A DNA stretch of 64,000 nucleotides from an uncultured Acidimicrobiia bacterium (GTDB lineage Bacteria; Actinomycetota; Acidimicrobiia; Spongiisociales; ZC4RG35). Below the pieces are notes generated by a model that did no database searches, was not told the origin of the DNA, and worked only from the letters and a program-made list of their open reading frames with translations. Positions 47,523 through 56,729 of this stretch are shown piece by piece (position 1 is the stretch's first letter; the number at the start of each line of letters is the position of its first letter). Made by a program: the position numbers and the translations under genes. Location of the stretch: contig CAVUUV010000004.1 in assembly GCA_963744905.1 (NCBI GenBank), positions 102,360 through 166,359 on the forward strand. The letters run 5' to 3'.

Positions 47523-48302
47523 GTGGACCTAGGAATCTCGGGCAAGAAGGCCCTGCTGACGGCATCCAGCCGGGGCCTGGGCAAAGCCTGTGCCATTGCC
47601 CTGGCAGCAGAAGGAGTGAACGTGGTCATCAACGGCAGGGACGAGGCCACCCTGGAGGCGTCGGCCGAAGAGATCAGGCACCGATTCGACGTAGAGGTGC
47701 TGGGCGTCCCCGCCGACATCAACTCCGATCAGGGCCGACAGAGTCTGCTGGAGAGCTGCCCCGATCCCGACATTCTCGTCAACAACAACTGGGGGCCTCC
47801 ACCAGGCGCTTGGGAGGACTTCGAATACGACGACTGGCTGGGAGCCGTAGAGGCGAACATGCTGGCACCGATAATGATGATCAAGGGGGTGATCGCCGGG
47901 ATGAAGGAGAGGCGCTTCGGGCGAATCGTCAACATCACCTCCCAGATGGTCAAGTCACCCTTTCGGGTGATGGGACTCTCGGCCGGCGCCCGTACCGGGC
48001 TGACTGCCGCAGTGAAAGTGCTGTCCCGTGATGTGGCCCGCTTCAATGTCACCATCAACAACCTCCTCCCTGAACGGATAGACACCGAACGTCAGGTGTA
48101 CATGGCCAGGAGGCAGGCCGAATCCGCCGGTATCACCTATGAGGAGGCGCGGCGCCAAATCGTCGACAGCATCGCCGCCCAGCGCATGGGCCGGCCCGAG
48201 GAATTCGGGGCCGCCTGTGCCTTCTTGTGCGGCGCCGACTCGGGATACATCTCCGGCCAGAACCTGCAGCTGGACGGGGGATCCTATCGAGGCACGTTCT
48301 GA
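47523..48302 (+). CDS. SDR-family oxidoreductase (3-oxoacyl-ACP reductase-like)
   Basis: The Gly-rich loop is TASSRGLGKAC and the family core is present. The likely start is the GTG at 47523. Confidence 0.75.
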   Translation: MDLGISGKKALLTASSRGLGKACAIALAAEGVNVVINGRDEATLEASAEEIRHRFDVEVLGVPADINSDQGRQSLLESCPDPDILVNNNWGPPPGAWEDFEYDDWLGAVEANMLAPIMMIKGVIAGMKERRFGRIVNITSQMVKSPFRVMGLSAGARTGLTAAVKVLSRDVARFNVTINNLLPERIDTERQVYMARRQAESAGITYEEARRQIVDSIAAQRMGRPEEFGAACAFLCGADSGYISGQNLQLDGGSYRGTF

Positions 48303-48432
48303 CTGCCATAGGGCAGGGCGAGACGGCGAGCCCCGGGACTCCGCAGCGCCTGACGGCGACCTATCCAGCCGTCTCGACCACCGCATCGAACGATCTCCTG
48401 GCCAGGCCGGTCTCACCCGAAACGGCTGCTAG

Positions 48433-49704
48433 TTGAAACCCAACCTCCTCAAATGGGGGCGGCGGGCGGTAGTGGACGTCCGGCCGCTCCGGCTCGTTCC
48501 CGGATACAGATGGCTGTTCGCCGGGCTGTTCTTCGGACAGGCAGGACGGCAGATGACGGTGGTGGCCGTTCCGTTCCAGGTGTTCGAACTGACCGGATCC
48601 ACCCTGGCGGTGGGTCTGCTTGGTCTCACTCAGCTCGTGCCGCTGCTGGTGGTATCCCTGGTTGGAGGCGCCTTGGCCGATGCGGTGGATCGCCGCAAGC
48701 TTCTTTCGTTCTCACAGGTGATTCTCGCCCTGACCGGGGTCGGCCTGTTGTGGAATGCCGCCGCCGACTCTCCCCTCCTCTGGCCACTCTTCGTCCTCAG
48801 CGGGCTGAATGCAGCGGTTTCGGCCGTCGACTCTCCCGCCCGCCAAGCCGTGCTGCCGGGCCTGGTGGGGCGCGGGCTCCTCCCATCCGCTCTGGCCCTC
48901 AATCAGACCCTCGGGAACGTGGCCAAGGCGGCCGTGCCGGCCGCCGGCGGTCTCCTGATCGCCACGGCCGGACTTCCGTTCAGCTACGGCGCGGTGACTG
49001 TCATGTTCGTCGCCAGCGGCATCTTGTTCTACCGGATTCCCAGCCTTCCCGTCGAGGGAGGAAAAGGACGTTTCAACATCTCCTCGATCGTCGACGGCCT
49101 CCGTTATCTAGGGTCCCGTCGACTCATCCAGGCGGCCATGCTCATCGACCTCAACGCGATGGTGTTCGGAATGCCCACTGCCCTATTCCCCGCCATCGGT
49201 ACCCAGATCTTGGACGGGGACGCCTTCACGGTCGGCCTGCTCTACGCCGCCCCCGGGGCGGGAGCCCTCTTCGCTGCCCTCACTTCGGGCTGGGTTGCCT
49301 CGGTTCGTCGCCACGGCCGAGCCGTGATCATGGCCGTCATCGGATGGGGCCTGGCCATCGCCGTGTTCGGCCTGACCGCCTCGACCGCTCTGGCCCTTGC
49401 GATGCTGGCGATCGCCGGCGGCGCAGACGTCGTGTCCGCCATCTTCCGGAACACCATCGTCCAGATGTCCACCCCCGACGCGTTCCGGGGCCGGCTGATG
49501 TCGATGCACATAGCGGTAGTGGCGGGCGGGCCCCGGCTGGGAGACCTGGAGGCAGGGGTGGTCGCCTCGCTGGCCTCGATCAGGTTCTCGGTCGTCTCGG
49601 GTGGGATCGTGTGTGTCCTCGGTGCCCTGGCAATTACCCGCTGGGCGCCTTCTCTGGCCGCATACAGCTACGAGCCCGACGGCGGCGGCGCGATGGCACC
49701 GTGA
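48433..49704 (+). CDS. MFS transporter (EntS/efflux-like)
   Basis: 423 aa with 12 TM helices and an N-terminal basic region. Confidence 0.8.
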   Translation: MKPNLLKWGRRAVVDVRPLRLVPGYRWLFAGLFFGQAGRQMTVVAVPFQVFELTGSTLAVGLLGLTQLVPLLVVSLVGGALADAVDRRKLLSFSQVILALTGVGLLWNAAADSPLLWPLFVLSGLNAAVSAVDSPARQAVLPGLVGRGLLPSALALNQTLGNVAKAAVPAAGGLLIATAGLPFSYGAVTVMFVASGILFYRIPSLPVEGGKGRFNISSIVDGLRYLGSRRLIQAAMLIDLNAMVFGMPTALFPAIGTQILDGDAFTVGLLYAAPGAGALFAALTSGWVASVRRHGRAVIMAVIGWGLAIAVFGLTASTALALAMLAIAGGADVVSAIFRNTIVQMSTPDAFRGRLMSMHIAVVAGGPRLGDLEAGVVASLASIRFSVVSGGIVCVLGALAITRWAPSLAAYSYEPDGGGAMAP

Positions 49705-49756
49705 GAGCGAAGCAATGACGACGCCCCTGAGTCCTCTCGACCACGAGCCCGGCCTC

Positions 49757-50755
49757 TCAATCCAGGCCGAACAGCCTCATGGCAGTCCCCCCCGAGATGG
49801 CGGCACGCTGGTTGGAGTCCAGGCCACCGGTCTCGGCCAGCAGGCCCACCGGGTCGGTCTCGCTCATATCGAAGGGGAAGTCCGTGCCGAGCATGACCCG
49901 TTCCGGCCCAACCACCTCGATCAGATGCCGGAGGTAAAGCGGCTGAAAGACCATCGTGTCGTAATAGAGCTGCTTCATGTAGTGACTGGGCGGGTGCTCG
50001 GGAATCCGTACCCGTGTCTCCGGTCTGACCTTCCACGTGTGATCGGCCCGGGAACAGTAGAAGGGGAGATAGCCGCCGCCGTGGAGCAGCAACAGCTTGA
50101 TCCCGGGATGGTCCTCGAACAGCCCACTGAAGATCATCCGGGTGGCGGCCACCATGGTCTCGAGGGGATTACCGATGCAGTTGACCAGGAAGTAGTCGGA
50201 GAGACGCTGCCCCTCCGGATAGCCGCTGGGGTGGAGGATGACCGGTACGCCCTTGGACGCCACGGCTGCCCAGAAGGGCCGGAACCGGGGCTCATCCAGG
50301 TTTCGCCCGTCGATCGTTCCCCCTATCTGGACTCCCTTGAAGCCCAACTCATCGACGGCCCGATCCATCTCGGCGATGGCCAGATCGATGTCCTGCAAGG
50401 GCAAGGTGGCCCCGATGGGGGCGAACCGATCCGGATGCTCGGCCGCCACCGTCGCCAGGTTGTCGTTCTGAATGCGGGCAGACTCGGCCGCGGCCGGACC
50501 CGGCGCCCAGTAGAAGTACTCCGATACGAAAGTGGCCAGACCTTGCAGTTCTATGCCCATCGCATCCATCAGCTCGAGCCGTGCCGACGGAACCGTCAGG
50601 GCGGCCTCGATGCTGGGAAACATCTCCTGGTTCTGTTCTCTGGAGGTCCGATTCATGAAGTAGTCGTAGGGCTCGAACTCAGGCCGCCGGTGTATCTCGA
50701 CCGGGGCCCTGGCGGAGGGAGTAGCGAGATGGCAATGGACGTCGATGGTCTTCAT
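49757..50755 (-). CDS. Amidohydrolase-2-family enzyme (ACMSD-type metal-dependent decarboxylase/hydratase-like)
   Basis: The N-terminal IDVHCHL motif, an internal …HPSGYP… and a …LLLHGGGY…GTDFPFD motif match PF04909 proteins. Confidence 0.8.
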   Translation of the reverse strand: MKTIDVHCHLATPSARAPVEIHRRPEFEPYDYFMNRTSREQNQEMFPSIEAALTVPSARLELMDAMGIELQGLATFVSEYFYWAPGPAAAESARIQNDNLATVAAEHPDRFAPIGATLPLQDIDLAIAEMDRAVDELGFKGVQIGGTIDGRNLDEPRFRPFWAAVASKGVPVILHPSGYPEGQRLSDYFLVNCIGNPLETMVAATRMIFSGLFEDHPGIKLLLLHGGGYLPFYCSRADHTWKVRPETRVRIPEHPPSHYMKQLYYDTMVFQPLYLRHLIEVVGPERVMLGTDFPFDMSETDPVGLLAETGGLDSNQRAAISGGTAMRLFGLD

Positions 50756-50796
50756 GGCTCCTGCCTGGGGGTCGGTGGCGGCACCATACCCTCACC

Positions 50797-51786
50797 GTGG
50801 AGCGGGAGACGCGCCACATGACCGGGTCGCTTCGGGATCTGATCTGGCGGTCTCAGGAGGGTGAGCGCCACGAGCGACGCCTCAACACGATCGTCGTGTA
50901 TCTGCTCCTGGCGACCGTGGTGGTGGTGCTGGGCTTGAACTGGCCGATCATGGCCACGGGCCTGAGATCCATCACTCCGGTGTGGATGGCGGTTTTCCGT
51001 GTCGCCGGCGCCGCGCTCGTCGTCACCACCATCACCGTCTCCACCGGTAGGTTTCACCTTCCGCCCCGACGTGACCTCCCGATCATCGTCTCACTGGGGA
51101 TCTTTCGTCTGGCGGCGGTCTTCCTCCTGGTCTTCACGGCCCTCAAGCTGGTGCCGGCGGGACGAGCATCGGTAGTCGTATGGACCACCTCACTGTGGAC
51201 GGTGCCCATCGCCGCCATCTTCCTGGGAGAGACGATGAACCGGCGCAGATGGATGGGGCTGGCAATTGGCATCACCGGCGTGGCGATTCTCTCACAGCCC
51301 TGGAGTCGGGATTGGACCGAGCCCGGCATCGCGTTGGGTCACGGGTTGCTGATTCTGGCCGCCATCACCAACGCCGCCACCTCGGTGCACATTCGCGCTC
51401 ACCGTTGGACCATCACTCCCCTGGAGGCCATCCCATGGCAACTGGCCGGGGCGGCCATCCCACTGGTCGTGCTCGGGCTGGTGATGGAAGGGCCGCCGGT
51501 CATCCACTGGACTGCCCAGCTGGCATGGATCGTCGCCTATCAGGGGATGCTCGCAACGGGAGTGGCGTTCTGGGCCCAGATAGTGATCCTGCGGAATCTC
51601 GCCGCCGTCTCCACCAACCTGACCCTGATGGCGGTCCCCGTGGTGGGCGTCATATCGTCGGCGGTGTTGTTGCAGGAGTCGATAACCGGCTCCCTGGCGA
51701 TGGGGATGGTCCTGGTCATCGTCGGCGTGAGCCTCAATCTCCTCTCCGATCAGGGACAGGGACGAGAACGGATCCCGGACGGGTAA
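50797..51786 (+). CDS. DMT-superfamily (EamA-like) transporter
   Basis: It has 10 TM helices and two EamA repeats. The true start may be the ATG at 50818. Confidence 0.7.
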   Translation: MERETRHMTGSLRDLIWRSQEGERHERRLNTIVVYLLLATVVVVLGLNWPIMATGLRSITPVWMAVFRVAGAALVVTTITVSTGRFHLPPRRDLPIIVSLGIFRLAAVFLLVFTALKLVPAGRASVVVWTTSLWTVPIAAIFLGETMNRRRWMGLAIGITGVAILSQPWSRDWTEPGIALGHGLLILAAITNAATSVHIRAHRWTITPLEAIPWQLAGAAIPLVVLGLVMEGPPVIHWTAQLAWIVAYQGMLATGVAFWAQIVILRNLAAVSTNLTLMAVPVVGVISSAVLLQESITGSLAMGMVLVIVGVSLNLLSDQGQGRERIPDG

Positions 51787-52479
51787 TCAGCTCCGCGCTC
51801 GCTCGGAGTCCTCGAAAGCGTGGATCGATGTGGCCAGGTGACGAGTCAATAGCTCGACCGCCGCCTCGGCATCCCGCTGCTCCAGAGCGTCGAGGATGTC
51901 GGCGTGATCTCGGTTGGCATCGTCTCGCAATGTCGAACTCTGCTTGAGAGAGGCCCCGATGTACATGAGTGAGGCATCCTGCAGGTTGCGGATTATCCCC
52001 ACCAGGCGGGGCGATGCGGCCGCTTCGTAGATGGCCATGTGGAAGGCGCGGTTCCGATCGACCCATTCGGCCGACTGCGGCTCTGCCAGCATCTTCTGGT
52101 GCAGCTCGCTGAGCCGGGCCAGGAGCTGGTCACTCACTTTGGGCACCGCCTGGCGGATCGCCAGCGGTTCCAGGACGCTCCGAATCTCATAGATCTCGTG
52201 AACGTCGTCGCTGCTCAGCTCCGCAACGACGGCACCGTGATGCGGATCGAACCTCACCAAACCCTCGGTGGCCAGGTCGCGGAGGGCTTCCCGCACCGGC
52301 GTGGTGCTCACATCGAGCATCGAGGCCAGCTCGGCCTGCACCAGCCGGCTCCCGCTGGCCAGCTCTCCGTTGAGTATGGCCCTACGCATGACCCCTCTGA
52401 CATACTCGTGGGCCGTCTGGCGGGTCGGTGCGAGTCCGTCGCCGAGGACGGAACTTCGGAAGTCGGAATCGCCTGTCAT
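51787..52479 (-). CDS. GntR-family transcriptional regulator (FadR/FCD subfamily)
   Basis: An N-terminal GntR wHTH (…LASGSRLVQAELASMLDVSTTPVREALRDLATEGLV…) is followed by an FCD helical domain. The start was chosen at MTGDSDF. Confidence 0.8.
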   Translation of the reverse strand: MTGDSDFRSSVLGDGLAPTRQTAHEYVRGVMRRAILNGELASGSRLVQAELASMLDVSTTPVREALRDLATEGLVRFDPHHGAVVAELSSDDVHEIYEIRSVLEPLAIRQAVPKVSDQLLARLSELHQKMLAEPQSAEWVDRNRAFHMAIYEAAASPRLVGIIRNLQDASLMYIGASLKQSSTLRDDANRDHADILDALEQRDAEAAVELLTRHLATSIHAFEDSERARS

Positions 52480-52596
52480 ATGGTTATCAATGCTAACTGT
52501 GGACCGGCTCCATCGTGTGGATGCTCGCCGCCCCGGGAAGCGATCGAGCCGGTGGGAGCGAGGCATCTACGATCTCGTCAACAACCCACAGGAGTC

Positions 52597-53598
52597 GTGT
52601 TGAAAGCAGTGCGTGTCGTTGAGCCCGGTGTGGTCACGGTGTCCGATGTACCCGAGCCACCGTCAGACCAGGTGATGGTCCGGGTCCACCAGGTAGGTAT
52701 CTGTGGAACCGACACCAAGATCTTTCTCGGCAAGATACCGGTGGACTATCCGCGGATCATGGGCCATGAGATGGTGGGTGAAGTCGCCTTCGCTCCCGAG
52801 GAGGCTCCCTACCAGGAGGGACAGCGAGTCCTGGTCGACCCGGGCGTCGCCTGCGGCTGGTGTCACCTCTGCCGAGCCGGGAGACCCAACCTCTGCATCA
52901 ACGGAGGTCTGCTGGGCCGCGATGTCGACGGCGTATTCGCCGACTACATAGCCGCACCCGTCGGTCGGCTCATACCCGTGCCGGAACACATCTCGGACAG
53001 AGCGGCCGGTCTGTTGCAGGTGCTTGGAACGTGCGTCCATGCCTGTAAGCAGGTCAACCCCGTTCCGGGTGGGGTGGCGGCGGTGATCGGCCTCGGGGTC
53101 TCCGGCCAGCTCATCGCCCAGTTGCTGACGATGAGGGGAATGCAGGTGGTGGGCATAACTCGATCCGAGTGGAAGCGACGCCTCGCCGTGGAAAGCGGAG
53201 TCGTCGCGGCGGTGGAACCGGCCCGGGCCGCCGCCGCGCTGGCCGACCTCACCTCGGGTCGTGGCCCCGAGATCGTTGTGGAGGCCGTCGGCACCGAGGC
53301 CACGTTGGCTGAGGCGATCTCACTGGCGGCCACAGGGGGAGAGGTGGTGGTGTTCGGGACGTTGACCGGTGGGAGCTCGGGACTCCCCTACTACGAGCTG
53401 TATCACAAGGAGCTGACGGTGCACAATCCTCGCGCTGCGATTCCGGCCGACTACGAGGATGGGGTTGCCCTGGCGGCAAGCGAGTCTCTGCGACTGGATG
53501 ACATCGTCACCCATGTGCTGACGCTGGACGACGCCCACCGCGCTTTCGAGCTGGTGCAGGATCCCGCCAGCCTGAAGGTACTGATGAAGCTCGGGTGA
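52597..53598 (+). CDS. Zn-dependent alcohol dehydrogenase (MDR family; threonine/sorbitol dehydrogenase-like)
   Basis: The structural zinc cysteines are in …GVACGWCHLCRAGRPNLC…. The Rossmann motif is VIGLGVSG. A GTG start at 52597 follows a CAGGAG RBS. Confidence 0.8.
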   Translation: MLKAVRVVEPGVVTVSDVPEPPSDQVMVRVHQVGICGTDTKIFLGKIPVDYPRIMGHEMVGEVAFAPEEAPYQEGQRVLVDPGVACGWCHLCRAGRPNLCINGGLLGRDVDGVFADYIAAPVGRLIPVPEHISDRAAGLLQVLGTCVHACKQVNPVPGGVAAVIGLGVSGQLIAQLLTMRGMQVVGITRSEWKRRLAVESGVVAAVEPARAAAALADLTSGRGPEIVVEAVGTEATLAEAISLAATGGEVVVFGTLTGGSSGLPYYELYHKELTVHNPRAAIPADYEDGVALAASESLRLDDIVTHVLTLDDAHRAFELVQDPASLKVLMKLG

Positions 53599-53604
53599 AC
53601 GGCC

Positions 53605-54796
53605 TCAGATTATGTCCCGCGCCGCCATGTCATCGATCTCCTCTGGTGGGAAGCCGAGCTCGACGAGGACCTCTTCTGTGTCGGCGCCCAGCATGGGAGG
53701 ATCTCTGCGAATCGATGCGGCCGTGTCCGAGAGTCGGATGGGAAGTCCCAGCATCTTGAAAGCCCCTACCAGGGGGACGTCTCTCTCGACCACCATCTCG
53801 CCGCGCCCTCGTCTGGTCGCTGCCCAAGGCCTCGGAGACCCGGTTGATCGGACCCGAGGGAATACCCAACTCGTCCATCACCCCGATCCACGACTGTCTG
53901 GTTCCGGTGGCGAGGACCTCCCCCACCAGCCGGTCCACCAACTGGCGGTTGCGAACCCGATCGGGGTTGGTCGCCATCCGCTCGTCTCGCGCCCACTCGG
54001 GATGACCCAGAGCCTCAGCCAGGAGACCGAATTGACGATCGTTGCCGACCGCCAGAGCCAGGTCTCCGTCAGCGGCCCGAAACGTCCTGTAGGGGACGAT
54101 GTTGGGGTGGCCGTTGCCATAGCGGGAGGGCTCGACACCGGAGGCGAGGTGGTTGGCTGCCACGTTCGCCAGCAGATGGAGGCCGGTGTCGTGGAGATTG
54201 ACTTCACATCGCTGGCCCGACCCGGTCGACCCCCGAGCCTGGAGAGCGGCGAGGATGGCGATGGTCGCCTGCATCCCGGTGCAGATGTCGACGATCGCCA
54301 CTCCCAGCTTCATCGGAGAGCCTTCCGGTTCGCCGGTGATCGCCATCAGCCCGGTCTCCGCCTGGAGAATGAAGTCGTATCCCGGCCGATCCGCTTTCGG
54401 GCCCGTGGATCCGTATCCGGTGATGGAGCACCGAACGACCCCGGCGGCGTTTTCCTCGAACCAGGCGTCGTCGAACCCCCAACGCTCCAGAGTCCCCCGC
54501 TTGAAGTTGTCCACCACCACATCCCCGGCACAGATCATCCGGCCCAGTACGGCCCGGCCCTCCGGCCGGGAGAGATCGAGGGTGATGCTGCGCTTGTTCC
54601 GATTCACCCCGACGAAATAGGCCGACAGCGGGCCGACATAGGGAGGTCCCCATTGCCGTGTGTCGTCACCCGTGCCCGGGCGCTCGACCTTGATCACCTC
54701 TGCTCCCAGGTCCCCCAGCGTCTGGGTGCATAAGGGTCCGGCCAGCACACGGGACAGGTCGATGACGCGCAGACCCGCCAGCGGACCATCGCTCAT
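53605..54796 (-). CDS. CaiB/BaiF-family (class III) CoA-transferase, apparent frameshift near 53815
   Basis: Full family conservation runs from MSDGPLAGLRVIDLSRVLAGP…. The C-terminal 60 aa (…GEMVVERDVPLVGAFKMLGLPIRLSDTAASIRRDPPMLGADTEEVLVELGF…) lie in the -1 frame (ORF 53605–53796). Confidence 0.75.
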
Positions 54797-55665
54797 TCTC
54801 GAGCTGCCCGCGAGGCGTCACTCTGATTGTGCCCCGAGTGAAAATCATCGGCGTAGGCGTCGAGGGCGACCTTGTTGCGCACCCGGAACTGGTGGAAATC
54901 GGCCGGTCGCTTCTCCAGGAAGGCGTTCATGCCCTCGAGAGACTCCTCGCTACCCCATATGTTGGCCAGCAACTCCATGCCATGCTGCCACGATGGATAG
55001 AGCTGGTCGCTGTCGAAGTTGAGCGAGACCTTGGTGGCCCGGAGAGTCTGAGAGGAGTAGCCCTTGATCTGGCTGACGATCTCCTCGACCCGCTGCCTGA
55101 GTTCTCCGGCCGGCACGGCCTCGTTGGCCAGGCCTATCTCCGCCGCCTCGGTCCCCGAATACCGACGACACAGGAAGATCATTTCCTTGGCACGCCGCTC
55201 GCCGATCAGTTTGGCGATGTACTGGGTGGCACCCACGGTCGGGCACGCACCCACTCTCGCCCCGGTCTGACCGAAGATCGCATCCTCGGCGGCGATGGCC
55301 AGGTCGCACCAGAGCATCAGCTCATGACCGCCCCCAACGCACGCCCCCTCCACCATGGCGATAACCGGGATGGGCAGGTTGCGACAGGTCATCGCCACCC
55401 GCAGCATCCGATCGTTCCACATGTACGAGTTGGCTTTGTTGAGCTTCATCATGGCGTGGAAGTCACCGCCGGCCGAGAAGTGACCCGCAACCCCGTAGAT
55501 GACGGCAGCCACGATGGTCGGATCGAGGCGGGTCGACTCGAGGGCGTGAGCGATCTCGTCGAGAGTCTGCTCCCGGAAGGCGTTTCGGACCTCGGGGCGA
55601 TTGATGCCGATCCAGGCAGCATCGTTACGCACTTCGTACACGATTTCGCGATATTCCATTGTCAT
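54793..55665 (-). CDS. Crotonase-fold enzyme, MenB/BadI-like (enoyl-CoA hydratase/isomerase family)
   Basis: …FSAGGDF… (oxyanion hole) … the C-terminal …FLEKRPADFHQFRVRN… resembles the DHNA-CoA synthase/2-ketocyclohexanecarboxyl-CoA hydrolase tail. Confidence 0.75.
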   Translation of the reverse strand: MTMEYREIVYEVRNDAAWIGINRPEVRNAFREQTLDEIAHALESTRLDPTIVAAVIYGVAGHFSAGGDFHAMMKLNKANSYMWNDRMLRVAMTCRNLPIPVIAMVEGACVGGGHELMLWCDLAIAAEDAIFGQTGARVGACPTVGATQYIAKLIGERRAKEMIFLCRRYSGTEAAEIGLANEAVPAGELRQRVEEIVSQIKGYSSQTLRATKVSLNFDSDQLYPSWQHGMELLANIWGSEESLEGMNAFLEKRPADFHQFRVRNKVALDAYADDFHSGHNQSDASRAARE

Positions 55666-56660
55666 CAGCCTTTCTCGCCAACTTCCACGGCCCGCCCCGT
55701 TGCGGCCGATTCCTGAGCGGCCTCGAGCACCGCTATCACGGCCAGGGCGGTTTCGCCGTCCACTTCGACCTCGGTCTCCCCCCTGACGGCGTGGGCGAAC
55801 TCGGTGAGCTCGTCCACCAACGGGTCGATCGGATCCAGCTCCACCTCATTGCGCTCGGAGCCGTCCCAGGCCTGCAGCTGCAGCCGGGCACCGGCGGCGA
55901 GGTTGTAGGCCGCCCCTTTGGTGGCAAACACCGAGATCTCATTGATGGTCGGGGTGAAGAACGAGGTGGTCAGGGTTCCCACCGCTCCGCTCTCGAACTC
56001 GACCGCCACCACCGTCGCCTCATCGATGGGATGGTCACGACCGGGCCGGGTGAAGGCGGAAACCCGGCGGATGGGACCCACCAGGTAGTGCATCGTGTCG
56101 ATCTTGTGAACCCCGAGCGAGGTCATCGAGCCCAGAGGGCTTTCCTCGGGGCTCCAGCGCCAGGCTCCGGCCGGCATACGAAAGCCGTTGGGAATCGACT
56201 GGTGGGCGACCACAGTCTCCACGTCGCCCAGATCCCCTGCCTCCAGCAGCGCCTTCAGACGGCGATTGGCCGCCGTCCTCCGCCGGAGGTGGCCTACCTG
56301 GAGAATGACCCCGGCCCGCCTGGCGGCGTCGATGCAGGCCACACCGTCGGCCACCGTGGTAGTGAGGGGCTTCTCCAGGAATACGTGCTTGCCTGCCGAC
56401 GCCGCCTGCTCGGTCAGTGGACGGTGGCTCTTGTGAGAGGTGGCGATCAAGACCCCTTCGATCTCCGGATCTGTGAGGAACTCGTCCAGAGAACCGGCCG
56501 CCCGGCACCCGAATCGCTCGGCGAATCTGTTCCGCCCCTCGGCGCCACGGGCGAAGCAACTTACGATCTCGGCCTGCCCGCTTCGTTGCACGGCCTGGGC
56601 CATTTCCGCTCCCCACCATCCCAGCCCGAGGCTTCCGAGACGTACCCTGTCCGTACTCAT
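55665..56660 (-). CDS. Gfo/Idh/MocA-family NAD(P)-dependent oxidoreductase
   Basis: An N-terminal Rossmann motif (LGSLGLGWWG) and an …EKP… motif are present. The length is 331 aa. Confidence 0.8.
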   Translation of the reverse strand: MSTDRVRLGSLGLGWWGAEMAQAVQRSGQAEIVSCFARGAEGRNRFAERFGCRAAGSLDEFLTDPEIEGVLIATSHKSHRPLTEQAASAGKHVFLEKPLTTTVADGVACIDAARRAGVILQVGHLRRRTAANRRLKALLEAGDLGDVETVVAHQSIPNGFRMPAGAWRWSPEESPLGSMTSLGVHKIDTMHYLVGPIRRVSAFTRPGRDHPIDEATVVAVEFESGAVGTLTTSFFTPTINEISVFATKGAAYNLAAGARLQLQAWDGSERNEVELDPIDPLVDELTEFAHAVRGETEVEVDGETALAVIAVLEAAQESAATGRAVEVGEKG

Positions 56661-56729
56661 TGCTCTCCTTCCGCTCGATCGATCCTATATGTTATGTGAT
56701 ATTGCCCCACGCGACGAGAAAGGCCTCGT

